In this document: positions 32,832 through 45,747 of the stretch, in pieces
Layout of the letters: each line of letters begins with the position of its first letter
How positions within the stretch are numbered: position 1 is the first letter of the stretch
Source of the DNA: the human T2T-CHM13v2.0 reference genome, Homo sapiens
NCBI RefSeq assembly: GCF_009914755.1
Contig: NC_060928.1
Strand: one strand, 5' to 3'
Length of the DNA: 64,000 bases
The notes under the pieces: generated by a model
What the model saw: only the letters and a program-made list of their open reading frames with translations
What the model was told of the DNA's origin: nothing
Database searches by the model: none
Translations under genes and position numbers: made by a program

Positions 32832-33004
32832 AAATGAGATCCTGGTCTAAAGTAAGATGAGCTACTTATGTAACCTCTTACACAGAAAGTTGAGATAATA
32901 ATGGTACCTTCCTCATTTAGTGTGAAATAACCTGTGCTTTTTGCTTAGAACTGTGCCCAGCCCTTGGGATTAGCTGTTATGATTCAGTATGCCTGTTGTT
33001 TTTA

Positions 33005-33694
33005 TTTGCTTATTTATTTATTTATTTATTTATTTTCTCGAGACATGGTCTATGCTCTGTTGCCCAGGCTGGAGTGCAGTGGTGTGATTACAGCTTACTG
33101 TAACCTCGAAGTCCTGGGTTTAAGTGTCAAAGGCATCCTAACCAGAGTGATTCCATCTTGAATAAAGGCTGGATGAAGCCAAACCTTCTGGGTTACATTC
33201 CTAGAGTGTTGAACACTCTTGGTCACAAGATGTTTATAGTTGAGAGAACGAGTTAATGATGTTAACTAACTAAATAAATAAAGACCCAGAACTTATAGAA
33301 AAGTCCAAGTACTTTAAGAACAAGAAGCATTCTTAGTTTAAGGATAGTAACATAGAAAAGCATCAATACTGATAGCCCGTTACAAGCTCATCACAAGCTT
33401 TTGTAATAAAGTATACTATCCTTAATAATCTGTGTAAACAAACATCGTATTTGAAATGGGTATTTTCCTCTTCTTGCTTTCTGAGGATGCCCAACTCTGT
33501 AATTGAGCAGTCTGTAAAAGACTATCTTAAATTTTCTCAACTCTGCAATTCACCCTGATTTCTTTCTCATGTGAGATCCAAGAACTCGCTCTTGGGGTCT
33601 GGGACAAAGCCCTTTTTCTAGTGATATAAGCAATCCTCCTGTGTCAGCCTCTCAAGTAGCTGGGATTACAGGCACACGCCATCACACTCAGCTA
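33005..33694 (-). mobile_element. 5'-truncated AluJ-type right arm split by an LTR
   Basis: (TTTA)n tail, ggagtgcagtggtgtgattacagcttactg...ggttTAAG | TAAGcaatcctcctg...gggattacagg; TSD atgcct(g/a)ttgttttta. Confidence 0.88.
33125..33626 (+). mobile_element. Solo ERV1 LTR (MER41 family)
   Basis: tgtcaaaggc...aaccagagtgattccatcttgaata start; gagatccaagaac...ctcttggggtctgg end; 4-bp TSD taag. Confidence 0.88.
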
Positions 33695-34264
33695 ATGCCT
33701 ATTGTTTTTAGAAGTTTATTTTCAGATAACAGTCTCAGAAATATAAAACACTGAGTTCCTACTTAACGCACAACAATATCTCATGCGCTTATCTGCAGAG
33801 CTGCATCGAGGGAACTGAGAAGCCGAAAAGCTGCCCAAGGTGCCAAGCTCTGAGGGATGGTGAAACATCATTGGAACTGTAGCAAGTGAGAGATGTGATT
33901 ACTGGAATTCCCTGTGGGAGTATTGTGTTTTAATGAAAGAGGTGCCTTAAGGAAGCACCTAGGTTGCGAAAGGTGCTCAAGCAATAATAGATGATTGCGA
34001 AATCACCTTCTCAGGAAAGAGCCCTGTAACTGTAAGGATTCTGCTTTGTGAATGCAAATTTGGGCCAATTTATGGTAATGGTGAAAAGGTGGAGAGCTCC
34101 TATCAGTGGTCTTTCTCCATTCCTTCCCCAAGCACCACTAAGCTCCAAAGCTCACTGAGCTATACTATCAAACAGTATTTGCCTAGCATGCTGCACCAAT
34201 TCATTAGGTCATCAGGTGTATATGAATCATGCCATGGATTAGTAAATTGAGGGAACTTGTAATT

Positions 34265-35260
34265 TGTATCAGTCAGGGACCAAGTGATTTGAACAGAGAG
34301 AATTTAATATAAAAAGTTAACTAAGTATAAAGTTATTAACTAAATAACTGAAAAGGTCAAAAGACAATTCTAAGGATCCTTGAGGCAGCAATTGTCAAGA
34401 AGAAATTAGGGCTGAGGGAAGATAGGGAAGAGGCTGGAATTACTAAAATAATTTAGAGTTCTAGAAGACACACCTTGAGGAGCTGAAACTCAGACCTCTG
34501 AGGAGGGGTCTTGCTCAGCTGGTTCTGATGTCTTTGAGCTCAGAGGAGTGGCCTTGCTATACACTGAATATTTGTGTCCTCCCCAAATTCATATGCTGAA
34601 AACAAATCCCCAATATAAAGGTTTTCGGAGGTGGGGACTTTGGGAAGCGATTAGGTCATGAGAGTAAAGCCCTCATGAATGGGATTAGTGCCCTTATAAA
34701 AAAGAGCCCAGAGAGCTTTCTTTGTGCTTTCTGCCACCATGGAAGTTACAGTGAAAAGAAGGCTCTCTATGAGCCAGGAAGTGGGCCCTCACCAGACACT
34801 GAATCTGCCAGTTCCTTGACCTTGGACTTCCTAGCCCCTAGAACTGAGAAATAGATTTCTGTTGTTTATGAGCCACTCAGTCTATGATGATTTGTTATAG
34901 TAGCCAGAATGGCCTGACAGACCTGTGGAGCGGGTGCTGGCCCAGCTGGTGCTGGGGTCCCTAGGGATGGGTGGGACTTGATGAGGCTGGTTCTTCAAGT
35001 GTTAAAAAACTGCCAACTGGATTCAGTTGCTACTACAGGAAAAAACTGTTGCCCTTGGGGTGAAGAAAAATTGCTGGGGTGATGCTTACCAAACAGGAAG
35101 CAGCCAGCAAAGAGCAAGTCTCTCTTTCCTCCTCCAGCCTTGTAGCCTGTCCCTATTGGCAACAGCAAGCCACGGAGTCCCAACCCCTGCATGGCAAAGC
35201 AGGGTATACAGAAGGGTGGGCTTAGAGCGGCAAGATAGTTATTTAATACCTGGGACACAC
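34265..35260 (-). mobile_element. Old ERVL LTR (LTR33/LTR41-like) interrupted by MLT1A
   Basis: tgtatcagtcaggg...gagaatttaatata start; gcagggtatacagaagggtgggcttagag end. Confidence 0.5.
34555..34921 (+). mobile_element. MLT1A/MLT1A0 LTR
   Basis: tgctata...tttgtgtcctccccaaattcatatg...gccctcatgaatgggattagtgcccttataaaa...tttgttatagtagcc. Confidence 0.85.
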
Positions 35261-35998
35261 ATATTGTGCATCATAACAGGGTATGTAGTGAGTATTGGTG
35301 GCTGCATCTTGAGCAAATACTTTACAGAGCTTCTACTGCGTGCTACTGGAAATACAGAGCTGAATATGATCTGTGTGTCCCCTTAAGTAGGAGACAGGGA
35401 GTCCAATTTATAGAACAAATAATGTGATGAAGGAACAAACATAATTGTGACCATAGTACTATGGGAGCATAGAGAGGGGAACCTATAGGTAGTGAATCTA
35501 ATATTCTTTACTTCGTGAATTAAGTGCTATCTCTGTAGCTTAATTATAATAAAATAAAATAGAAAACAGCATCAATGTTGATGTCAGTTTAAAAGTGATC
35601 AGTAAAGGTAGTGTGGCGCAGTTCTTAATATTTCCCTTATGTTTCACCAAACTTAATCTCACCAAATCTGTCAAACCAGTACCATCTATTTTTGTTTACT
35701 GATTTTTTTTTTAATTTCAAAGAATTCTGATGCTGTCAAATTCAGGATATTTCTTTGTTCATGGAAATAATTATACATTTATTTTGTTGAGCTTTACCTT
35801 TTAGTATTCTACAAAATGGAATAATATTTCACAGTTCTTGAGTAATGTTGGTGAAAGTAATGTACCAGTGATATTTTATAAAGCTATTCCAAACATTTAT
35901 TTTCATGTATTAACTTAGCCTACAAATATTTGCTTTGTGCATACTATGTAAAGTGTACTTCTCTAGGTTCTGGAAGAATGTAAATAGAAAAGACACGA

Positions 35999-36615
35999 TG
36001 TGATAGACACAATTGGGTGCTAACATGCCGGCTATTTCTCTGCTTTTATCTTACTATCACTAATTAGATTTTGTCTAGATATTGAAGAGCAACAAGTCCC
36101 AGCACAGGGACAAATCTTGATTGGTCTAAGATAATTATAGTAATCCTGGTCTCCTTTGCTTTGGTTTAGAGTGGGGTTTGTAACCAGTGTTTACCCATTC
36201 ATTGTGAAGTGAATTTTCTTGTAGGCTTCTGGGAAATATTTTTTGCCTTGGTAAAATGGATAAAATGTCTTAGTGGACATTGTTGTTTGAGGATATGATA
36301 TTTGGAGTTATGGAGGCTATCTGAAAATCCTAAGATGACAGCTTCAAAAATCACAGAGATGCCAGCTGGCATCCAGTCATGTAGGCCCACTGAACTGGTC
36401 ACCTAAACAGTAAGACTATTTTAGGAAAGTGCTGACAAGTGACTTACTGTGTAAGGGTAGCAAGTTAGACTCTTCTGGGTGACCAGAACGGACTCTTCCA
36501 GAGTGGCCAGTTCAGTGGGCCAACACAACTGGAAGAGTCTAACTTGCTACCCTTATTGCCATTTTTAGTTTGGTTCTGTGTTAGTTGAAATCAAAGTAAT
36601 TCTAAATGATATACA
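35999..36615 (+). mobile_element. Old MLT1 (J/K-like) LTR containing a rearranged patch
   Basis: ttgattggtctaag... and terminal ttagtttggttctgtgttagttgaaatcaaagtaattctaaatgatata. Confidence 0.5.
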
Positions 36616-36797
36616 TGGTCTCTGTCTTGCAGTCTTCTAAAGATTAATACATAACTTTTACTTTTTAAAACAGGGTTCTAAAAAAGGAGTAGTATTTTGC
36701 TGCATTACATGATTTTAACTGGGAAAACAGATGTTTCAGGGAGTAGATATCATATAGGTATACAGTATGTAGATATAAAGTATCTTGCCAAATAAGT

Positions 36798-37165
36798 TAT
36801 ATTAGTCCATTTTCACACTGCTATAAAGATACTACCTGAGACAAGGTAATTTATAAACAGAAGAGGTTTAATTGACTCACAGTTCCACATGGGTGAAGAG
36901 GCCTCAGGAAACTTACAATCATGGCAGAAGGTGAAGGGGAAGCAAGGCATGTCTTACATGGCTACAGGAGAGAGAGAGAGAGAACAGAGCAAACTGCTAC
37001 TTATAACACCGTCAGATCTCGTGAGAACTCACTCATTATCATGAGAACAGCAAGGGGTAAACTGCCCCCATGATCCAATCACCTCCCACCAGGTCCCTCC
37101 CTTGACACATGGGGATAACAATTCGAGATGAGATTAGGGTGGGGACGCAGAGCCAAACCATATCA
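36798..37165 (-). mobile_element. MSTA-type MaLR LTR
   Basis: tattagtccattttcacactgctataaagatactacctgagac...gccaaaccatatca. Confidence 0.88.
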
Positions 37166-37574
37166 TAAGGGATGCTCTGTCTTTTAAAGAGAAGTATCTC
37201 CATGAACATCTAATAGACTGGGAACTTTCTTGTTCCTATAGCATGTTCTTGGCTCTGCTCTGCCTATCTTAATTTCCTTCTGTTAGAGATTTCCTAGGGA
37301 AGGTATGTCTGGACTTCCTCTGAACTTGCTCCTGAAAGTCAGACTATTTTAGAAAAGTGCTGACAAGTGACTTATTTCTTGCCACTCACTAGACATTTTT
37401 AAAATAGATGTAAACATTGAGTTTTGAGGTGATGTTTGGAAGGGCCACACCTTGCTTGTCAGGGAAGTTGTTTCCTGAATGTGCCTGATTTCAAACTAAC
37501 CCCACGTAATAAACTATTGCTCTTCTCATGCTTTCAGTATCTCCCTGCCTCCCTTTATAAACTCTAATAAATTA

Positions 37575-38420
37575 ACCCTAAGAAACAAATTGACAAAGAA
37601 TGTGACTAGAAAATTTACAAAAGAAGACCTGTACATAGAAAGTGAACCAAGTGTTCAGCCTAATTAAAAAATAATAAATATAAAGAAATATTATTTTCTG
37701 TTTATCAAATGTACAAAGATTTAAAAGTAATAATACCCCATGCTTGAGAGAGTTGGGGATATAGACGGTCTCAAGTATTGCTTGAAGATAAATATATACC
37801 CCCTTATGAAGAATTATGGCAATATGTATTAAGTTCTTGAAAATATTTATAAATTTCAGCTAGGCTAGTCCAATTCTAAGCATTGATCCCAAAGAAATAA
37901 TTCTTTTATTATTTATTTATTTATTTTTATTTTGACAGATTCAGGGTGTACAAGTGCAGGTTTTTTGAATGGATACATTGCATAGCAGTGAAGCCTGAGC
38001 TTCAAGTGATAATTCTGAATGTAGAGAAATCTTTATATACTCGCAGCATTATTTATACATAATGAACAGTTTGAAGCAATCCTATTAATCAATACTAAGA
38101 AAAGTGTGGATATATTTTAATACACCCTCACAATGGATGCAAATATGAAAATTATGCAATATAAAAATTATGGCTATATAATTTTATACCTCAAATGAAA
38201 GGCTATTGTTTTAATACTAACAGAAAGTATCAAAATAAAATATTATATATGCTGTGTGTTATAACTTTACTATGAAAAAATATAAAATGGGAAAATATAA
38301 GATTTTAGCAATATTTTTCTCTGAATATGAAAAATATTTTTTCTATATACTTTTCTGTAGTTTTAAAATTTCCTGAAATGAGCATGTGTTATCTTAATAA
38401 TCAGGAAGGAAACAATTTGA
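37575..38420 (+). mobile_element. Old L1M 3' fragment with a nested short antisense L1 3' tip (~37905-38008)
   Basis: aatttacaaaagaagac..., ttgatcccaaagaaataattct; nested piece flanked by ataattct repeats. Confidence 0.55.
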
Positions 38421-39152
38421 GAAAAAGTTTAACAATTTTCTTATAAGGACTACTTAGCTTCTATTTTTAAAAGAAGATCTTCCAACTGCTATTATTTTTC
38501 ATTTATAAAAAAATGAAGCTACTAAAATGTAAAGCTTCCTTAGGTCTCTAGGTTTCAAAGGTATAATGAAATACAAAGGAATCTGGTGCAATTTTTGTTC
38601 TTTTTTTCCATTGTCATCATGACAATGCATTTATAACAGGCAATTTTCTGTTCTCTGGAAAACAAGATACATCACATTAGAAACAGATTTCTGTCTGGTG
38701 TCTCAGAACATTTCCTGCTTTTCAAAGATGTTGTGTTTTTCCTTTTTCTTGAAAAGTCGGCAGTTTTGCAGAAGGCTAGGTATATACAGGCCTAGGCCTA
38801 CATTCAGGCTGAAGGCTGGGGTGCTTGCTACCTGTGGGGCAGTTGTTGAAAAACTAGGGAACGAGTAGAATGAAAAAAATCAACACCAGGAGTTTGGGAA
38901 CCCACACTTATCCTCTTTTTGCCTTTTGAAGATTGCCTGGATGCCTTGGGGCTAAGTCTCTGAATAATTACAAGCTAATGCTGAATATATATCATCTCAT
39001 ATACATATGTATTTCTTCAAGTAAATGTAATGTATTCCCGAGGTCACACTTCAAGTTTGTATGTATATATATAAGATGTTAAAAATCTTATTTTTTTCCA
39101 ATTGTTAATATATGCTGATTACTTAATATGTGTGTGTGGGTGGGGAGTGGTT

Positions 39153-39652
39153 TGTATTAGTTTTCTATTACTGCTATGGCAAATTACCTTAAACTTCGTG
39201 TCTTAAAGCAACACCAATTTATGATCTCACAATTCTGGAGATAAGAGGTCCAAAATGAGTCTCTCTGGACTGAAATCTAGGAGTCTGCAGAGCTATGTTC
39301 CATCCTGGAGGCTCTAGGGGAGAATCCATCTCTTGCCTTTTCCAGCCTCTGGAGGCTGCCTGCATTCCTTGGCTTATTGTGTCTTTCCATCTTCCCCAAC
39401 CAGCTGAGTCTTCACCACATGGCATCACTCTGACACCGATTCCTCTGTCTCCCTCTTACACATCTTAGAACTGTTGTGATTATATTGGATCCTCTCAATA
39501 ATCTAGATAATCTCCCTGTTTTAAGGGCAACTAACTGGCAACCTTTATTCTGTCCATGACCTGAATTCCCTTTGCCATGTAACCTAACACATTCACAGAT
39601 TCCAAAGATTAGGACACAGGCATCTTCTGGGCCCATTGTGTTGCTTGCTGCA
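39153..39652 (-). mobile_element. MLT1D LTR
   Basis: tgtattagttttctattactgct...ctggaggctctaggggagaatcc...cattcacagattccaaagattaggac. Confidence 0.85.
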
Positions 39653-39974
39653 GGAGAGTTTCAGAGAAGTAAAAAGATGTAAATAAACAATCTGAATTCA
39701 ATCACTCAAAGATAACTACTGTTAACATTTTGGCAAATATTTCTGCTTAAATTTTGTAAAATCTTGAACCAAGTTGACTTAGATATAGAACGGAAACTTT
39801 AAATGTTTTCTGACCCATTTGTATATATATTGATATAATTCATATACGAGAAAGTCTCTGTCCTCCCCACCATAGTTTCTTATGTGTTCTTCCAGGTTTC
39901 TTTATGTAAATACATATACAATAACATCTCTGTTCCTTTCTTTATCTTGTAGTGGGAGTGGGCACAGGAACAAT

Positions 39975-40210
39975 AATAATAAATAATATTTATTGAATAT
40001 TTATCATGCACCAGACACTATGATAAGTTCTATGAATTTAATCTTCACAACACTTTGAGTGGGTACTATTATTATCTTTACTTTTAAGATGCAGAATCTG
40101 AGACACAGAGTAGTGAAGTAATTTGCTCACAGTTTTTATGTGGTAAATTATAAACTGAGATTTGAACCCAGAGAGTCCAATTTCAGAGCCCACATGCTTA
40201 GTTACTATAA
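39975..40210 (-). mobile_element. MIR
   Basis: tttattgaatatttatcatgcaccagacact...tttaatcttcacaac...gatgcagaatctgagacacagag. Confidence 0.75.
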
Positions 40211-40289
40211 TGAGCACATTGCTTGCTAATTTAAAGAGTTCGTTAAAATTTCTGTCATCTCAAAAAATTCCTTACATAGAAGGGATTTT

Positions 40290-40807
40290 GCCTCAAAATG
40301 TCATGTGTTTCTGGAAAGGTGTATCTGACACTCTTGGTTGGTGGCCCAGGAGCTATACCCAATAGCCATTCCAAAACATTTTCTGCCTTGCTGGTACCCA
40401 CAATAGAGCTGAAAAAGCAGAAACTTGCTTTTAAAGCCTCTATTGAACTCAGTTCTGGCCAAAGAAACTGTAAGACATTTTCTGAGAGAACTCTGGGGAA
40501 GCTGTTGCCTTTGTTATGTCATCAGGAAGGAGAGTTATGAAACTTTTCTCTCTCTCCTCTGTCCAGCCCTTTTCCCCCATTTGGACATGGCCACATGAAG
40601 ATACAATATTCAGAGGTAAGGCAGACCTCTTGCAACAATACTACAGGACTTTCAAAAATTTCAGCACAACTTCGGACATTGTGGAGTTGCCAAACCTGGA
40701 GCTGGTTATCTCCAGACTTCTTGTGAAGCACAGCAATAAATAGTCTTACACTTTAAGCCCATGTTAGATTTCTTTTACTTGCAGCCAAACACATCCTAAT
40801 TAATACA
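40290..40807 (+). mobile_element. Old MaLR/ERVL LTR (MLT1/LTR16-like)
   Basis: aataaa...tttaagcc...ttacttgcagccaaacacatcctaattaataca terminus. Confidence 0.5.
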
Positions 40808-41024
40808 CAGCTCAATAGTACTACTAAAGAGAAAACATCTGTAGTGTGTGGTAAAATCATGGGCCTACCTTTTAAGAGAGATGTAGGTATTTGCAATACC
40901 ATGACAGCAGCCTGTCTCTATGCAAGGGGTTTTGAAACCTTGTTATGGGAACTGGGAGGAGTTATCCTGGAAAGGATGATCAAAAAAAAAAAATTATAAT
41001 ATGTAATATACTTGAAGGGCTCTC

Positions 41025-41945
41025 TGATAGGTTGAAAGCATCCACAAATTCTTGCTATCCCTGTGTGCACATTACTTTGCAATGTGACATTTCAGTTGTT
41101 CTGATCCATCCATTGAATTTCCATTTGGCCATGTATATTAGTTTCCTAGGGCTGCCATAACAAACTGGCGGGCTTAAAACAACAGAAATTTATTTTCTCA
41201 TGGTTTTTGAAACTAGAAGTCTGAAATCAAGATATTGGCAAGCTCAGGCTTTCTTTGAAGTCTCTAGGGGAAAATCCGTTCCATGCCCTTCTCTTCTTAG
41301 CTTCTGGAGTGACCTGTAGTCCTTGGGGTTCCTTGGCTTATAGACATCTCTCTCCACTCTCTGCCCCACTAATCACATGGCATTCCCCCTGTGTGTTTCT
41401 GTATTTATTCTCTTTTCATAAGGACACCCAGTCATACTGGATTAAAGAACCACCTTACTCCAGAATGGCTTCACTTCAACTTAACTAATTATATCTGTAG
41501 CAATCAATTCCCAAATAAGGTAGCATTCTGAGATGCTAGGAAGGATATGAATTGGGAGTTGGGGGACTGGAGTAGGAGACACTATCTGACCCAGTACATC
41601 ATGTGATTTGCTTTGGCAAAAAGAATATTAGCAAATAGTACATCAGAGACTTGTAAAGTGTTATTTTTGCAACCTTGGGACCACTGTAAGTAGAAGTCCA
41701 TTCTGACTTACTGGAGGATGAGAGACCATATGGAGCAAAGGCAAGCCAAAATGTCCCAGCTGAGGGCACCACTAGAAACACCAGCCTGACAATTGCCAGA
41801 CATGTGAATTAGCCATTCTAAACCATCCAGTCATAGTCAAGCTGGCCAGACTGGAGGAATCACCTGGCTGACCCACGGAATCATGAAAAATAATAAATGT
41901 TTGTTGTGGGGATGATTTATTATGCAGCAAAAGTGAACTAATATG
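41025..41945 (+). mobile_element. MLT1F/G-like LTR interrupted by MLT1C
   Basis: ctttgcaatgtgac...; ccagacatgtgaattagccattcta...aataataaatgtttgttg...ttatgcagcaa end. Confidence 0.6.
41134..41598 (-). mobile_element. MLT1C-like LTR
   Basis: tattagtttcctagggctgccataacaa...gcttaaaacaacagaaatttatt...aaggacacccagtcatactggatta. Confidence 0.8.
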
Positions 41946-44309
41946 GGCTCTGAAATGAAAAGGAGGGTTGATTTGTTTGAGGATGTTCCAGAGAGCAGAA
42001 TGATTTCGAGATTCTTGCCAACTTTGAGAGGCTGTGGTTTTAGGATTGACTTTCCTTCTAGTACCTAAAAGTTGCAGAAATAAATATTTCAGTTGAATGC
42101 AACAGAGAAGTTTCTAATAACTGGATTTGTCAGATGATGTACTTGACTGTCCCCCAAGGGGAGTGTTGTAAAGGAAGATATTTTTTGGGAGACTTAATTA
42201 GAACCTCTGATCGTCATTTCAAATCTAAGACTTTATGGAAAAAGTGTTTGGATGTTAGAGATTAAGAAATGGGAAAAATTATTGATGATTTAATATCCTT
42301 TTACTGCATTGCTCATGCCAAAAATTGTAGAAAGGCCAAAAATTACTCAGCATACTCTCTAAAATTCACAATATCGGCTGGCATTATTGCACATATTCTT
42401 CATAAATTGAGCCTTGGACCACGGGTTGGAAGTGAGCCTTTGACTTTGGGCTTCTTCATTGCCTTCTCTATTTCATTTTACCTCCTCTTCTTTCCAGGGT
42501 TAGAAACACGATGGTTTCTTGCCAACTGGTGAATCAGTATGGAACTAAACCTGGGATTGGGCCAGGCCTGAAAGCAGTAGACTAAACTAGAGATAGGGTC
42601 ATCAGGCAGCCCTCTGGAATGATGTCATTTACCACCTTAAGGAAGCAGGATAGTGAAATGAGCCTGGGAGAACTGAACAACCTGGCATAATAGGAGCCTT
42701 CAGATGGCTGCTAAGGAACACAGATATCTGGGGTGGAACATTCTTGGGATGAGTACGTTAAGTATAGTTATGCTAACTCTACCATGAAAATAATGTAATT
42801 AATAAGTATGCTAGTTCTGATTTTTTGACCGATATTATACTCTTGTCAGGGTTTAACTGTAATAAGATCTTCTATGCTGTCTCTGGCAAGTCAAAAACTT
42901 CTTTAAACTTCAGTTTCTTAGAGTAATTGGTCTTAGATTATCTCCAAACTTTTACCTAATAGTAAAATTCTATTACGGCCTAGAGACAGTAATATCAGAT
43001 ATTAATTGAGGCTTAAAATGTCTTTAATTCATTAATATTTCATTTGGAATGTTATAACTAGAATTGATTGACTCCATTATAAATGCCTGGCACTGGGAAA
43101 AGAACTTTACATCCATTATCATGTGTATTTATCATAGTAACTATATTATTCAGATGAAAAATCTGAGGCTTAGAAAGGTTAAACAACTTTCCCAAGGTTA
43201 CCAAACTATTTAGTAGATTTCTAAATAGTACATCAGCTCTCTCATCTTTAAGATAGATATTTAATTATCCTAGTAATAGCTTAACAATTTTGTACAGATG
43301 AACAATTATTGGTAAAGAATACACAGAAAATAGCACCCTAATATTTTGTTGTCTTAATTTATTTACAATTACCTCAGTGTAAATACTGTTATCTGTGTGC
43401 ATGTACAAATAAACTCTGATCTATACCTTAGGAATGATTATTTAAAGCTGAAATACCCTAAGAAGAATCAACAACCTTCTGAGGTAGAGTTACTTAGCAT
43501 TTTAAGTATCATTATCGAAATTTATACTGGATAATTTGTCAATTAACATAAGGATGATAGAAATAATTTTATCTCGATGAATGTGATGCTCAACATACAT
43601 GGCAGGTTATACGTTTACATGGGCCCCATCACTCTTGCACTAATTCTACAATGTAACACCTCAATAGTGGGGGTCTAGATTCTGGCCCCTTGCCTACCCT
43701 GAATCCCTCTGATTGATGGAAATTCAATTGCCTCACTCCATTTCAAGGCTGGCTGGTTCTGCTTTCAGAATATTATCATATTTGGATAAGAATGAAGCTT
43801 TCATGCAAGGCCTGAATCAATCTACCTGGGAGCAGACAGTGGCACTTTCCTTGGTGTTGCACAAACAGGTGTATGACTGTTTTTGTGCCTGTTTGATAAC
43901 TATTTAAGCATTTGGGGTATTTAGGTTAAGTCTTGCTTTCACAGTCAAAGCCACTCAATGACAAAGTTGAAGTAATTAGGTATCTCTCACCCACCACTGA
44001 CCACAAAAATCTTCTTATACTAAAGAACCTGACAATTCCTGCATGGTAAAATTGAATTGAGGCAATCAAACAAGGAACAAACCACAAAGATATACAGGAT
44101 GACCTAAGGGAAAGAAATTTGGAGATTCACATAAATCTCATTCATGCCACTTTCCCTCCATGGAATTGATCATTGCTTCTAATTTATCTTTCAGCATAGA
44201 ATGTGTGCTCAGTTGCCTCATTTTTCACCCCAGCCAACTAAGAAATACTTGTTTAAGGTTGAAATCAACACTGAACATCATAAAACATAGTTCAGTTATA
44301 CACTTTTTA

Positions 44310-44545
44310 TAATAGGATATATTAATGCTTTGTGTGTACCAGGCATTGGTCTAAATATTGAACAGGTATGAACATTTAATTTGCACAAAATTTAATGAAG
44401 TCAGTATTATTGTTATTACCACATTGCAAAAGAGGCAAGTGAGACACAGAAAAGTCAAATGATTTGCTCAAAGTCACATAGTTAATAAGGGCCAGAAGAG
44501 GGACACAGACCCAGGTATCTATTCCAGAGTCTGTGCACCACAATT
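44310..44545 (-). mobile_element. MIR
   Basis: gtgtaccaggcattg...gatttgctcaaagtcacatagttaataag. Confidence 0.65.
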
Positions 44546-44549
44546 TTAT

Positions 44550-44866
44550 TTTATTTTGTTTACTTATTTTTTTTGAGACAGTCTTGCTCTGTTGCCTAGT
44601 CTGGAGTGCAGTGGCATGATCTTAGCTCCCTGCAACCTCTGCCTTCAGGGTTCAAGTGATTCTCATGCCTCAGCCTCTGGAGTAGCTGTGAATACAGGCA
44701 CGTGCCACCATGCCAGGCTATTTTTTGTATTTTTAATAGAGATGGGGGTAGAGATGGAGTTTTGCCATGTTGGCCTGGCTGGTCTCCAACTCCTGATCTC
44801 AGGTGATCTGCGTGCCTAAGCCTCCCAAAGTGCTGGTATTACAGGGCTGAGCCACCTCGCCCAGCC
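44550..44866 (-). mobile_element. Alu (AluSz/Jb-like)
   Basis: Full dimer; TSD tgcaccacaattttat at 44534-44549 and 44871-44886. Confidence 0.95.
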
Positions 44867-45747
44867 TATATGCACCACAATTTTATACAGTTCATTTTCC
44901 TGGTGTATAAAGCTGGGAAAAGACAAACAATAATGGCATTCTGGTATTTCCTCCAACTACAAGGTAGTTTCCAACTTTGAGGTTCCCTGATTTATCTGGC
45001 CATTTCCTCTACTAATTTGCAAAATGGATTAAGGGTCAGATCAAAGACCTTCCTGGGGCTCCAATTCTTAAGCGGCTACTGAAGTCTCACTGGAATGAAT
45101 GGGAAATACGGTGTTCATTAACTCACAGTTCCATGAATAATCCCTTACACAACCAGAAAAATGCATATTGTTCCTGCTTTCTATCTCTGACCATACAGGG
45201 CCAACAAACAGACATTTTAACAGGTTCCTCTGAGATATCCTTTTATCTCCATGTAATATGTTTAGGATACATGTGTACATTGGACTGGGCTGCCTGCTCT
45301 GAAACCAGCCAGCAATAGTTCCCTGAAGTCATCAGTCACAGCTGAGTTTCTGTAATGATGCAGTTGTATTTAATGAGAATGAGCAATTTATTTTATTATG
45401 TAAATTTTGAACTTTAAGTATAGCTCCTCAGACTTTTAGTTTGAAAATTGCAAAAGAAAACCGAGGAAATATTAAGAACTATGGAAAAAGTTGGAACTAT
45501 TTCGCCAACATCACGGCCAAAAGAAAAAGGACTTTCACATATATGTTGGACAATTATCTATTACTATAGTCTTATAACCAACTTGGTTCTTAATGAGTAT
45601 TAATTATTAGCAGAATTCAATCACAAATGACAAAAAACATGTGAAGAGAAATTTTCCAAATAAAAGCAAATGTTATTTTAGATTTAATGTGTGATTTTGA
45701 AATGAAGAAAGTATATAATTGTATTAATGGAACATCAGTTACTTTCT

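Noticed and set aside
33125-33626. Interferon-gamma-responsive MER41 enhancer
   Set aside because: No exact TTCNNNGAA site found by eye in this copy (closest is ttcctagag).
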